A DNA stretch of 64,000 nt from NCBI GenBank assembly GCA_037379345.1, contig CM074511.1, positions 2,852,001 to 2,916,000 of the forward strand, in the 5' to 3' direction. Both the position numbers and the translations under genes were made by a program. Below are positions 35,201-46,230 of the stretch, one piece after another. The DNA comes from Perna viridis (lineage: Eukaryota). Numbering within the stretch: position 1 is the stretch's first letter; every line of letters begins with the position of its first letter. The notes under the pieces were generated by a model that worked only from the letters and a program-made list of their open reading frames with translations, did not search any database and had not been told where the DNA came from.

Positions 35201-38200
35201 TAGTTATACGACTCACAACGAGAAAGCTGTTATAATTTCGTGAAGAAACGGACTGCAATACAATACCGTTTGCTGATGACAGAACAGCTAAAATCGATAC
35301 TTGCTTTATAGTTAATGTTCCTTTCCTTATATTTTCTATCCTACGGTTGGCATGAGTTTTCCAGTTTGGATCATGGACAATCTGTTGACATGTGGCATAG
35401 TCCAAAACATAGTTCACAGAGGGGTCCGTTATCTGGACGTACATACGCACGTGATTAACACCTGTTTAAATGAAAGTTTTTAAAAAAAAAGCGAGTAAAT
35501 ACCGAGGAAGCTCACTTCAGGGGATAGATTTAATCTTCCCTTGATTGAATGGCCATTACCCGATGAACTAGAGAATTGAGAAGAGGATTTAAACTTCACG
35601 AGACACAGAGGAATGATAGATTGCAACCTTTATATCATTCATGTACTGCTGAAGTTGACCACTTTCAAGTCTATTGAATTCTAAGTTAGTAATAGTTTAT
35701 AAGCATTAACTTCTTCATTGTTTAAATTTAAACTTAAATCGCATACTTGTCAAAGTAAACCATTAACGTATATTCACCATTTGGAAGATGAAAGTCGCCT
35801 CCTATTTCCGAGAATGTACCATCAGCCATGAGATAGTCATTATGCCCTATAGGAACGTAGTGGTCTTTACCTGTAAATATATCCGTATTGAGTCTTAAGA
35901 CGGTTGATCATGATAATCAAACAAAATCTAGGCTTAGAAATGCAGTTCAAATTGTCGAAATTGTTCAATATATTCAATACTTTTATATAGATTTCATTAA
36001 AACATATATATGTAGTACATATTCTTACCGTTGTTATACTGGAGCATAAGATCAACTGCTGCGTATGACTTTCCAGACGACACATTCAGGATTTTGATAT
36101 AGGTAGAACAATAATAATAATGGCCACCGAGGGCTGCAAATGATTGAGCTAGACCAGCCCAGTTATGGTGTCTGAAATGTCAAATGGAATTACAAATCTT
36201 TTAAAATCTATATACCAATTGGTAAATGAAGAATATTTGTAATTGATGGTGGATAAACCGAGTATAAAATAAGAGTTCACTTAAGTTGCTAGCGGCGGTC
36301 TGCGTAAATTGCAATAAAGTTTGAAATTGAAGACGGATAAAAATTATACACAATAAGAATAAAAAGCATAGTTACATAGAAACAACGGGTACCACGCCAT
36401 TTAAATCGCGGTTTTCTCGAGTGTTAAGGAAGGTACCAGTTCCGGTTTCTTGCAAGACATGTACACTCGACGTGGTTCTAGCTAATAAAATGTCCAAGAG
36501 GAAGACATCTATGACAGGAAGTGTTCTTTTTTTCATATTAGCAACTGACAATCGGCAGAAGTCAGTCCAGACATGAAGACGACCATAGAATTTTCAAAGT
36601 AATGACCTTAACATACGGGCAACTGAGCTCAGTCATATCCAGTTAATAGTATAATGGCCGTGAATTAAAAAAAAAACGTATTTCTAAGTTGTGACATTAT
36701 AACACATATGCTTGAACAGTCAGAATGTCAGTGCATGTACTTAGGAATAGACAAAAGTCGTGGTACTTTTGAAAGCTTTCCTCTATAGTCACGAGATGAC
36801 ATTTAGCAACGATACGAACAAGAGGTAGACTGCTATACTTCTGAAGCGTTTTTAATTGTAAGTTCTATGTAATAGAGGCGATGAAGATTTAGTAATAAAC
36901 ATCATCTATACACCGGATTTGGAGCCGACATACCTTTCTTTCGGTGGAAGGTTTAAATATGGCCTCATTAAATTACACTATAACAATAAAGTTGAAAACG
37001 ATAGCACTTTCCGTATATCCGTTACACCCTTCATTTCGTGCATTATAAAGCTAGGACATCGTTGCTTTGAGCTGATAATTCGACTGTCTTTATAGAAATA
37101 AACCACTAAAATCCCCAAAACTCTTTCGTGACACAGTGTTAGCCAATCATTTGCACGATATGAGTGACGCCGGCCATCAGCTGACTGTTCCTATACTTGG
37201 TTTTCGTTTTCGTGCTAACATATATTCTTAATACTGTTAGACCCGGTTTGCACTGTAATACATGGCGGGCAAAGGGGTTTCTTAGCGCCCTTGGCTATCA
37301 TTTGGGGTCTCTCCCGGACGGTGGAAAGCATTGAAGCGTTTACACAGTCCCCGGGCATTATCATACCCATGAATGTGGGTCATGGTGTATTCGGTAAAAT
37401 TAGTTGTCATGTGACCACGTTCATTCATTGAATTCATTAAATGCATTATCACGTGATTTAATGTCGTTCCATGACCTAGTGTTCCAATTTGTAATCTGTA
37501 CGCTATATATTGTATATCCTACTGCATTTGCTGAATCTTTGACCCAGCAAAATACTTTTTGGGATCAAATCAACACCTCCAAATGCATGCAAGACAGAAA
37601 GGTAGGTCAACTTAATGGTGCACGCCAGTCAAGTGATTAGAAATCACGAAGGCCGAAAAAATAATGTTATGTTTCCGATCACCATTCGAAATTTGTCGGG
37701 TCGGTAGGGATTTATTTTTATTTAATTTTTTTTTAAATGGAATATGTCATAGTGACACCAAACTAAATATACAAAAACTAATAGACGTAGTCTGCTGCCT
37801 AATCCCTTTTGGGATTCGGCGCTTGAGATATTTTTTTTTTGATGGTGGTGGTCAAAAAAAAAAAATCAAATGCCAAAACCTAAAAGGGATTATGCACGAC
37901 CAAGAGCACACTCATGGCATGTGTGTTTACAATCGAATCTAAATATAAATAACCAATATTTCTCTTTGTTTTTTTCCATCTAGGCAAGGATTTATATATA
38001 ACATTTAACTCTTTGAACTAGGATAGAAAAAAAATCTATGGCTTTATTTTCTACTTTTTTCTGAAAGACAATCGGCAGACTTTATCATTATTATTTTTTT
38101 TTAAATAACAAATTAAAAACTTTTGGGTAGGGGGTCTGAAGGAGGGTCGGTAGGGTGACCGGAAACACAACATATTTTTAGGCTTAATAGGACGGTCTAT

Positions 38201-41200
38201 TTATTACTCCAGCAGTTCTAGAGGTTGTCTGTTTATTACTCCAGCAGTTCTAGAGGTTGTCTGTTTATTACTCCAGCAGTTCTAGAGGTTGTCTATTTAT
38301 TACTCCAGCAGTTCTAGAGGTTGTCTGTTTATTACTCCAGCAGTTCTAGAGGTTGTCTATTTATTACTCCAGCAGTTCTAGAGGTTGTCTGGCAAGATAT
38401 TTTGTGGCAAAACACATGGCATTGAGGAATCTGTTGAGTTGGGGTAGTCAAATTAGTTTTGCAGTTTTGCAGTTTTGCAGTTTTATTCTCTTTTGATAAA
38501 GAAATGTTTAAACTAAGACTAATGTAAAAGACAAAGACCGTATTAAATATCACTATAACAATAAAGTTGAAAGTTGGTAGCACTTTCCGTATATCCGTTA
38601 CATCCTTCATTTCGTGCATTATAAAGCTAGAGCATCGTTGCTTCCAGGAGATAATTCGACTGTCTTTGTGGATATAAACCACTAAAACCCCCGAAAATCT
38701 TTCGTAACACAGTCTTTCGTAAGGTTCACAGTCTTAACCAGTCATATTATTTACGACGTGAGTGACGCTGACAATCAGCTGAGTGTTGCGCATGAGTAAT
38801 TTTGACGGAGGTGGTAAAAACAAAAAAAATATCGCAAGTGCCGAATTCCAAAAAGGGATTGTTTACGACCAAGAGCACACTCATGGCATGTGTGTTTTCA
38901 ATTTTCTTCTTTTTTTTCTGAAAGACAATCGGCACAGTTTTTACGTTATTTTTTTTTCTTCAAAATTTCAAATAAAAAACTTCTGAGTAGTGGGGTATGA
39001 AAAAGGGTCAGTAGGATAACCGGAAACATTTTTAGGCCTAAACGGATGGTCTAATTATTACTCCAGTAGAGCTAGAGATTGTCTGGCAAGCTTTTTTCTG
39101 ACTTGGCTTGGGGTATGAAAGAACGGAAGTCCAACCTCTTGCATAAATTGTTTATTAATTACAAGTAAAGATTCTAAAGAAAAGTTAATGACAGTGTTGT
39201 GAAGAGATGAATGTACATACACGTTATGTTGGTTCTGAAACCAAATGATACTGGCAGTGCCTCTTGCTATATTTTATACAGCTGCAAAACAAGTATACAG
39301 TTTTTGTCAAAGGAAACATTTTTCGGGCTACAAATTTGTGTGACTATTTAGAATTAGATAAATTCTTTGATACAAGATTTAGTTGAAATATTGATTTTGA
39401 AGCGTTAATTGTGAGTCAGTACCGATGGATTTAGCCTTAAAGTCCTTTAAATACCGGTATTGCATTTTTGATTCATAAGAATTTCTAATGTTTTTCTTTG
39501 AGTACATGACTGTAAGTGGGAAATTTTTCCATTACGCAGTTTTACTCTCCTTTGCTAGTAAGGAAGAAAAATTGACAGGCTTTTTAGGGGATTGAAAATG
39601 GAGCAAGTCCAAATCCCGAATTTGCCTATGTGTGTGTGTGTGTGTGTGTGTCTAAAATAATAGTGTCACCGAAAAATGGTGCTGACAGCGACGTCATCGT
39701 CGGCGGCGTCCGTGTCGTCGTCGTCCATATTCACTTGATTTTCGTGCTACTAACTACTAATTAATGATTGATCCTACTTAATTTTTTAGTTTATGGTCCT
39801 ATCGTTTTAAAATTAGGGCCATCCATGTAATTGACAGATACCACACTGTTGGTTTCTGTTAATATAAAAAAAACAGAGAGCCCAGAATTTTACCAAGCTA
39901 ATCTACATAAAGTGAAATGCCCAATCCTTATTTACAAGATATAACAAGTTCAACACATCCATGCAAGTACACCATCAAGGAAGAATATGTATATGACCTG
40001 TCTTATGGTTGTGGCATGTCATTGTGGAATTTGTTCCCCATTTTTTGATATCAGTAGATATTTATTAAGACATGTTATATAATTCAATTATTGATTTCAG
40101 TAAATGGAGGAGTTTTCTGGACGATACATACACGTTCACCCTCCCGGTGCACCTGGGCCATGCTACCAGTTTTAAGTGGAGTCCGAGTTTCTCATTTACT
40201 TTTGTTACTTTATATGTATTATTTTAATTACTTTATGTTCGTTGTTGTATTTGTCTGTTTTCCATGTCTGGGCTTTGTCCCTGTATTACATTCCTTTGAT
40301 TTCCGCTAGAATCTTGGTCCCATTGGTTACATGTACTCTTTCAAGACAAAACGTATGTATGTTCAAATTTGCTCTTTGGACAATACCAGTCGTCCATACT
40401 TGCCCCTTGGGCAATACAAGCCTGTGTCCACACTTGTATAAATAAAGAAATTGCGGTCGTATATATATTGGTATGGTGCTGACAGCGGTGTCATCGTCGG
40501 TGGCGTCCGTGTCGTCCATATTCACTTGATTTTCTTGCGATGACTTTAGTTATGGTAGATCAATTGTTATGAAATTTGGATATGATTTTACTAACTTCTA
40601 AAGGATTGCTCCTATTTAATATTGAGTTTATGACTCCTACCATTTTCAAATTAGGGCCATCCATGTAACTGACAGATACCAGACTGTTGGTTTCTGTTAA
40701 TTAAAAAAAAACTGAGAGTCCAGAATTTTACCAAGCTAACGTACATTTTTAGAAATTTGTTAACATATATTAATAGATATACGCATAATTCAATTATTGA
40801 AATTAATAAATGGAGGAGTTTTCTAGACAATGCAAACACATTCGAGACAAAACGTATGTATGTTTAAATTTGCTCTGCGGGCAATACCAGTCTGCATCCA
40901 TACTTGCCCCTCAGGCCATACCAGTCTGCGTCCATACTTGCCCCTCGGGCAATACCAGTCTGCGTCATACTTGCCCCTCGGGCAATACCAGTCTGTGTCC
41001 ATACTTGTATAAGAGTAATCAAGGGAACCAAGGTTATAGTGGTAATCAAAAGAATGTAATCCAGGGACAAAGACCAGACATGGAAAACAGACATACACAA
41101 CAAAGAACATAAAGTAACTAAAATACAAAGTAACAAAAGTAAATGAGCAACTCGGACTCCACTAAAAACTGGGAGCATGGACCTGGTGCACCGGTAGGGT

Positions 41201-43957
41201 AAGCGTCCTCTTTTCTAGAAACACCTGCCGAGTTGCTCCTAAAAAGTCAAGTCTGGGGTAGACAAACGAGGAAAGGAAAACTATGACCCGTTGAATAAAT
41301 CGGTTTTCATGGTGCTGATGGATACACCATAACGATCCACGAGTTCATGATGACGACCATAAATCTTCTGTAGTGATGACTTCAACCTTGTAACAACATA
41401 ACCCTGTTCCAGAAGCCTATTTGTTGGAGTTCTAGCGCGATACAAAAAGTATCATAACGTATGAGTTGTGATATGAACACTCCATACGCAGGAGCCGAAG
41501 GGATGTTGCCACAGATGAAAGGAAAGTTGACAATTCTGAATGAAAAGTCATCACGTATGTCGTAAAGTTTGGTCAATAGTTTTCCTTTACCATCGATTTC
41601 TAAGTGTAGGTCAAGATATGAGGCTGACTTCACAGTGTCTGTAGTATTCTTTATCTCAAGTTCTTTTGGGTAGATGCGATGTATCAAATCCCCGAAATTA
41701 GGATTGTTTAAAGATAATACGTCATCTATATAGCGGAAACTGAGATTGAAGGATCTAGCCAAACGATATTCTTTCTTTCTGATCAGATCAGCTATAAAGT
41801 CAGCCAAAAGTGACAAAAAAGGTTTGCAATGCATGCTCAAATTGAAAAGATCATGAAGTTTCTTTCTAGCTCAGATTAGTAATACGAGCAACAAAACGTA
41901 TTTATACCTTTATTGTGACCGTGACGACATGATGTCAACGATATCTGTTGCTTGTTGTCTTACCTGTTATTAACCAACTACCCAAAATACGTTGAAATAT
42001 GTCAAAAACTGACCAATTGATATGATTTCAAACCGGGCATCTATACGGGGCCAATATGGATCAAGCCAGGGCCAATACGGCATCATAACTTCCGGTCGTT
42101 TGACACCACCATTTTGAGTTAGAATTAGATTTAATGAACTTTGATCACCTGGACTAAAAGCAGCAGAAACACAAGAAAAAATCTTCCATTTTATACAAAA
42201 AGGATACTTAAGACTGAATAATGCAAATAAACCTATATGTTTTTGGTAAAACACGAAACTAACTGTTCTACAAATCATCTAGTTCGGTCAATCATATTGG
42301 CCTCGACAGCCGTATTGGCCCTCGACGATGCCTCGGGACCAATACGGCCGCCTCGACCAACATGACAGACCTCAAACCTATAACAGGGCGAATATGAAAT
42401 TACATATTTATTAACATATACTATTGCCCATTACGGTATGTTGCCAATGATATTTTTCCTCTGTTGTCTTACCAGTTATTGTCCATTACGGTATGTTGCC
42501 AATGATATTTTTCCTCTGTTGTCTTACCTGTTATTGTCCATTACGGTATGTTGCCAATGATATTTTCCTCTGTTGTCTTACCTGTTATTGTCCATTACGG
42601 TATGTTGCCAATGATATTTTTCCTTTGTTGTCTTACCTGTTATTGACAATGACGGCATGTTGTCCATGATAAATGTTATTTGTTGTCTTACCTGTTCTCG
42701 ACCATGACGGCATGTTGTTCAAAAAATTTCTTAATAGTCGCCGTTCCTGTTATTGACAATGACGGCATGTTGTCCATGATATTTTTGTATATGTTGTCTT
42801 ACATTTTGTACCTATTATCGACCGTGACGGCTTGTTGTCCATGATATTTGTTATTTATCGTCTTACCTGCTGTTGACCATGACGGCAAGTTGCGAATGAT
42901 ATTTTTCATTTGTTATCATACCTGTTCATGATATTTGTTATTTATTGTCTTAGTCGTTATAAACAATGACAGCATGTTGTTCATGATATTTTTTTAATTG
43001 TTATCTTACCTGTTATTGACAATGACGGCATGTTGTCCATGACAAATGTTACTTGTTGTCTTACCTGTACTTGATCATGACGACATGTTGTTCAGAAAAT
43101 TTGTTATTAGTCGCCTTACCTGTTATTGACTATGACGACATGTTGGCAGTAATATTTGTCATTTGTTGTCTTACCTGCTATTGGCTATGAGGGCATGTTG
43201 TCCATTATATTTGTTACTTGTTGTGTTACCTGCTTGTTTACGTGACGTCATGTTACTCATTATATTTGTTATTTGTATTCTAACCTGCTTCTGACCATGA
43301 CGGCATATTGTCCATGAAATTTGTCATTTTTAGCCTTACTGAATTTTTCATAACAGGGAATGCTGCCCATAATATTTGTTATATGCCGTTTTCCTGTTAT
43401 TGACCATGACAGCATGTAGTTCATGATATTTGTTATTTATTGTCTTGCCTGTTATTGACCATGACGGAATACAGTCCATAATATTTATTAGTTGTCGTCT
43501 TACCTGTTACTGACCATGACGGCATGTAGTCCATATTTGTAATTTGTTGTTGTACCTGTTATTGACCATGACGGACTGCAGCCCATGATACTTATTAGTT
43601 GTCGCCTTACCTGTTACTGATAATGACGGCAAGTTCTCTGTTATATTTGTTTTTGTCGTCATACCTGTTATTGACAATGACGGCATGCTGCCCATGATAT
43701 TCGTTATTTGTTGTCTGTTGTCTTACCTGTTATTGACAATGACGGCATGCTGCCCATGATATTCGTTATTTGTTGTCTTACCTGTTATTGACTACGACGG
43801 CATGTTGTCCATGATATGTGTCACTTGTGGTAACGGTAGCATGACAGTCTGCACATTGCCAAGGAGATATAGAATTTTCATTCTCAAAATCATGGTTACC
43901 TAGCAATTCCTTTCCTACTACGACAGAAGAACACAGGACTACTAGGAAATGGTACAT
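29258..43957 (-). CDS. Secreted glycoside hydrolase family 10 (endo-1,4-beta-xylanase-type) with N-terminal CBM4_9-like domain, 554 aa. Exons: 43957-43782, 36171-36029, 35870-35778, 35461-35305, 35090-35051, 33029-32871, 32393-32338, 31960-31823, 30926-30755, 30291-30184, 30016-29801, 29464-29258
   Basis: Twelve exons join in compatible phases (1665 nt) with GT-AG introns plus one GC-AG. The protein has a signal-like start MYHFLVVLCSSVVVG and CBM-like ELLGNHDFE...EIGGDF. GH10 motifs are PENAMKW, VRGHNMFW, WDVNNE (acid/base Glu), LFLNEYN, GLGAQGHF, PIWITEL (nucleophile Glu) and VLLWGFWD. Confidence 0.92.
31331..31613. mobile_element. MITE in a GH10 intron
   Basis: Imperfect TIRs cacagaaaaaattg / caatttttcctgtg are flanked by TA on both sides, with internal repeats of acatatgttttcat. 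Confidence 0.55.
33088..33150. repeat. (TGAT)n microsatellite
   Basis: Run of ttgattgattgatt... with minor interruptions. Confidence 0.85.
33833..34352 (-). mobile_element. Non-autonomous retroelement (SINE-like, probably RTE-mobilised) with intact TSD
   Basis: A 13-bp direct repeat caatagtggagcg lies at 33820-33832 and 34353-34365. The element has a (CAAA)n tail on the minus strand, a GC-rich body, and a 5' hairpin gtcgtaaaaggcgac. Confidence 0.75.
34777..34924. repeat. Long imperfect palindrome (~60-bp arms)
   Basis: aatcatgggaactccattttatccttgttttacca... pairs with ...tggtaaaacaatgataaaatggagtttccgtgatt. Confidence 0.85.
37649..38184. mobile_element. MITE with AGGC-starting TIRs (Kolobok-like)
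   Basis: aggccgaaaaaataatgttatgtttccgatcacc versus ggtgaccggaaacacaacatattttt...aggct, which is followed by TTAA. The superfamily is inferred from the termini only. Confidence 0.5.
38200..38390. repeat. 32-bp minisatellite, 6 copies
   Basis: tttattactccagcagttctagaggttgtct(g/a) repeats nearly perfectly. Only one unit is present in the duplicated block near 39055-39085. Confidence 0.95.
39628..39651. repeat. (TG)n microsatellite
   Basis: About 12 TG units. Confidence 0.9.
39677..41010. repeat. Diverged ~0.8-kb tandem duplication (39677-40440 ~ 40473-41010) with an internal ~32-bp repeat at 40878-41010
   Basis: Shared blocks are atggtgctgacagcg, gtcgtccatattcacttgattttc, ttagggccatccatgtaa, ccagaattttaccaagctaa and agacaaaacgtatgtatgtt. 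The first copy also carries a Penelope-like UTR piece at about 40130-40330. Confidence 0.8.
41011..41805 (-). mobile_element. Penelope-like retroelement, 5'-truncated RT plus 3' UTR
   Basis: It encodes FRYIDDVLSLNNPNFGDLIHRIYPKELEIKNTTDTVKSASYLDLHLEIDGKGKLLTKLYDIRDDFSFRIVNFPF...AYGVFISQLIRY, which has the YxDD RT catalytic motif and a PLE-type C-terminal region. Confidence 0.88.
42421..43828 (-). repeat. ~55-bp tandem array (~25 units) made of the GH10 exon-1 3' end plus its splice donor
   Basis: The minus-strand unit ACAAATAACAAATATCATGGACAACATGCCGTCATGGTCAATAACAG|GTAAGACA matches the real exon end ACAAGTGACACATATCATGGACAACATGCCGTCGTAGTCAATAACAG|GTAAGACA at 43828-43774. An extra displaced unit lies at about 41905-41971. 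Confidence 0.93.
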
Positions 43958-43988
43958 CAGGAACCGGTTAACTAAATGGCTTTCAAGG

Positions 43989-43996
43989 TTTATATA
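43989..43996 (-). promoter_or_regulatory. Candidate TATA box of the GH10 gene
   Basis: TATATAAA lies on the minus strand ~32-39 nt upstream of the ATG. The TSS is not known. Confidence 0.3.
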
Positions 43997-44419
43997 AAGT
44001 GCAAACCAAACTGGATTAAGTCAGTCCTTATCTTTATAGAATGTAAGTCAACATATGAAATAATTTATTTATATACTGTGGATTGAAAATGTTATTCAAT
44101 CGAACTTTAAGTGTCAACATGTCTGGAATCGTGTCACTTCATTATGTTGCCACCAAATAACACAAAGTATGTACTGTCAAAATCATTTATTGCTGAAAAG
44201 TCCAATCTTCAGATTGTCATTCAGAAAAATTGTCAAATATGCCCAAAAAAATGTGCACATCTTTATCGTTAATCAAAACACCATACAAAGTTTGAAAATA
44301 GTGGACTTGCATTACACTAAGTACCGTTCATAGCACATATTGCTGTACTTTAAATCTTTCAATTGTACACTTAAGATTCGTCATCACCTTTCCAGAAGTA
44401 TGGGTTTTATTTCACTACA

Positions 44420-44668
44420 GTTTTCACTCTGACATGTGCACTTGGGAATAATTTGGTTTATTTTTAGTAACTGCGGCCATGTTTTATTTTTTGCAATATC
44501 AAAAATTCCCACGCACAGATTGTTAAAAATGTACTATGGAACATTCATGGGAATAACTTTTGTTTCAATCCATCCAGTAGTTTCAGAGGAGAAGATGTTT
44601 TAAAAAGTTTACGGACGACGGATGCAAAGTGATGACATTAGCTCACACGGCCTTTGAGCCAGGTGAGG
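44420..44668 (+). mobile_element. Partial HINE/pearl-like (Helitron-related) repeat
   Basis: ggacgacggatgcaaagtgatgacattagctcacacggcctttgagccaggtgag has a GAC microsatellite and terminal hairpin. It is homologous to 45700-45912. Confidence 0.55.
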
Positions 44669-45140
44669 AGAAAAGGGCAGCAATAAAAGCTGAGATAATT
44701 ATTATACCAAGATTTTTTATTGATATCTTTATATGAAAGTGAATATCAAGCAATACACAAGCATACACGATGACACTCAAAACACATACATAGCATACGA
44801 AATGGTATGATCAACAGAATGGTCAAGGCATGAAATACACACATATATACATCACTGTATCATGGAGATAAAGCTTGAAGTGTATGAAAATTGAGTCTTG
44901 CAAATGTAAATACATGTATTATGTAGATGAGGCTTTAAAATAAACAAATACGTGTTTGATCAAACTTAACGATGTCACATGGACAGGTAGATGATATCCC
45001 TGATTTAGTAATAAGAGAAAACTGCTACATGAAATGTTACAGGCGAAAAATTACTCTGCAACATTGAAACATCGAAAAAAATTAGTCACACAAAGCCATA
45101 TGTACAGGAGAACATAAAGATCCCAGAGCAGTCGAAGGCA

Positions 45141-45915
45141 TACAAGTTGGAAGCCTAAATCGCTCACCTTGCAAACCATGCCCTATTAACTTAGTAAAGA
45201 TATCATGCTTTGATACCATTTAGACAAAAAAATGCAGAAAATGTGCATGTACTGATGAATATTGTAAGTTCAACTGAATACCTAAGGCACTGTAAAATGC
45301 TGAAAATACCTTTAAAAATATTTTAGTACCTCTAGAAAGAAATTGAGCAGGAGTTCCCCTATGCCGTGTTATTTCACCGCTAGGGGCATTAGCCCAGTAT
45401 CCATTTGCTGAAAAAAAGACCATCAAATGAAGTTAAACCATGGCTATACAATATTTTCATCATCACCATTCAACTCAAATCTAAAGAGCAGATTTTTGAA
45501 AGTAATAACTACAAAAACAGCAAATAAGTCCAGAAAGGGCAATAACTCCAACATGGGTCAACAGATTTTCACCAAACTTTGACCACAGATAGCTTTCATC
45601 ATAATGAACACTTTAACCTCCGTCCCCATTTTTTTCAGAATTTGTTTCAACCTAACGGTTTTGGAGATATATGTAAAATTGATGGCTGAATTTTATGTTC
45701 CATTTTTAGTAACGGCAGCCATATTTTCTAACTAATTTATCAAAAATCCAAATGGTTATTTTGTGCAAGATACCCTAAGGAACAATCATGCTAAGATTCA
45801 TCCAAATCCATTCAGTAGTTTCAGAGGAGATGTTTGAAAAATAAGTAACGACGACGACAACCGACGCTATGTGATGGCAATAGCTCACCCGGCCTTAGGC
45901 CGGGTGAGCTAAAAA
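45141..45915 (+). mobile_element. HINE/pearl-like (Helitron-related) non-autonomous element
   Basis: It has a 5' subterminal gctcacct, an (ACG)n tract, and a perfect 3' hairpin tagctcacccggcc-tta-ggccgggtgagcta (45881-45911) followed by an A run. Confidence 0.65.
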
Positions 45916-45974
45916 ACGGATAAACCCGTGGTTGTAAGGTTGGGGCTTTTACTGGACTTTTCTTACTTTCCCTA

Positions 45975-46230
45975 CAGTTTCCTCTTTCGTCCACCCCGGA
46001 CTTGACTATTTATGAGCGACTCGGCGGGTGTTTATAGAAAAGCAGAGGACGCTTACCCTACCGGTGCACCTGGTCCATGCTCCCAGTTTTTAGTGGAGTG
46101 GAAGTTTGCTTTTGTTACTTTGTATGGATGATTTTAATTACTTTATGTCCTTTGTTGTGTATGTCTGTTGTCCATGTCTGTATTACATTCTTTTGATTAC
46201 CGCTAGAGTCTTGGTTCCCTTGATTACTCT
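45975..46230 (+). mobile_element. Penelope-like 3' UTR fragment
   Basis: Near-identical to 23855-24132 (gcagaggacgcttaccctaccggtgcacctggtccatgctcccagtttttagtggag). Confidence 0.8.

Larger units (their letters stand above)
36976..39090. repeat. Local segmental duplication: 36976-37185 ~ 38551-38785 and 37840-38230 ~ 38805-39090
   Basis: Shared blocks include cactataacaataaagttgaaa...cactttccgtatatccgttaca and acgaccaagagcacactcatggcatgtgtgttt. Confidence 0.8.

Noticed and set aside
29258-43957. GH10 as bacterial contamination or a recent horizontal transfer
   Set aside because: It has eleven spliceosomal introns filled with host repeats, and its base composition matches the flanks.
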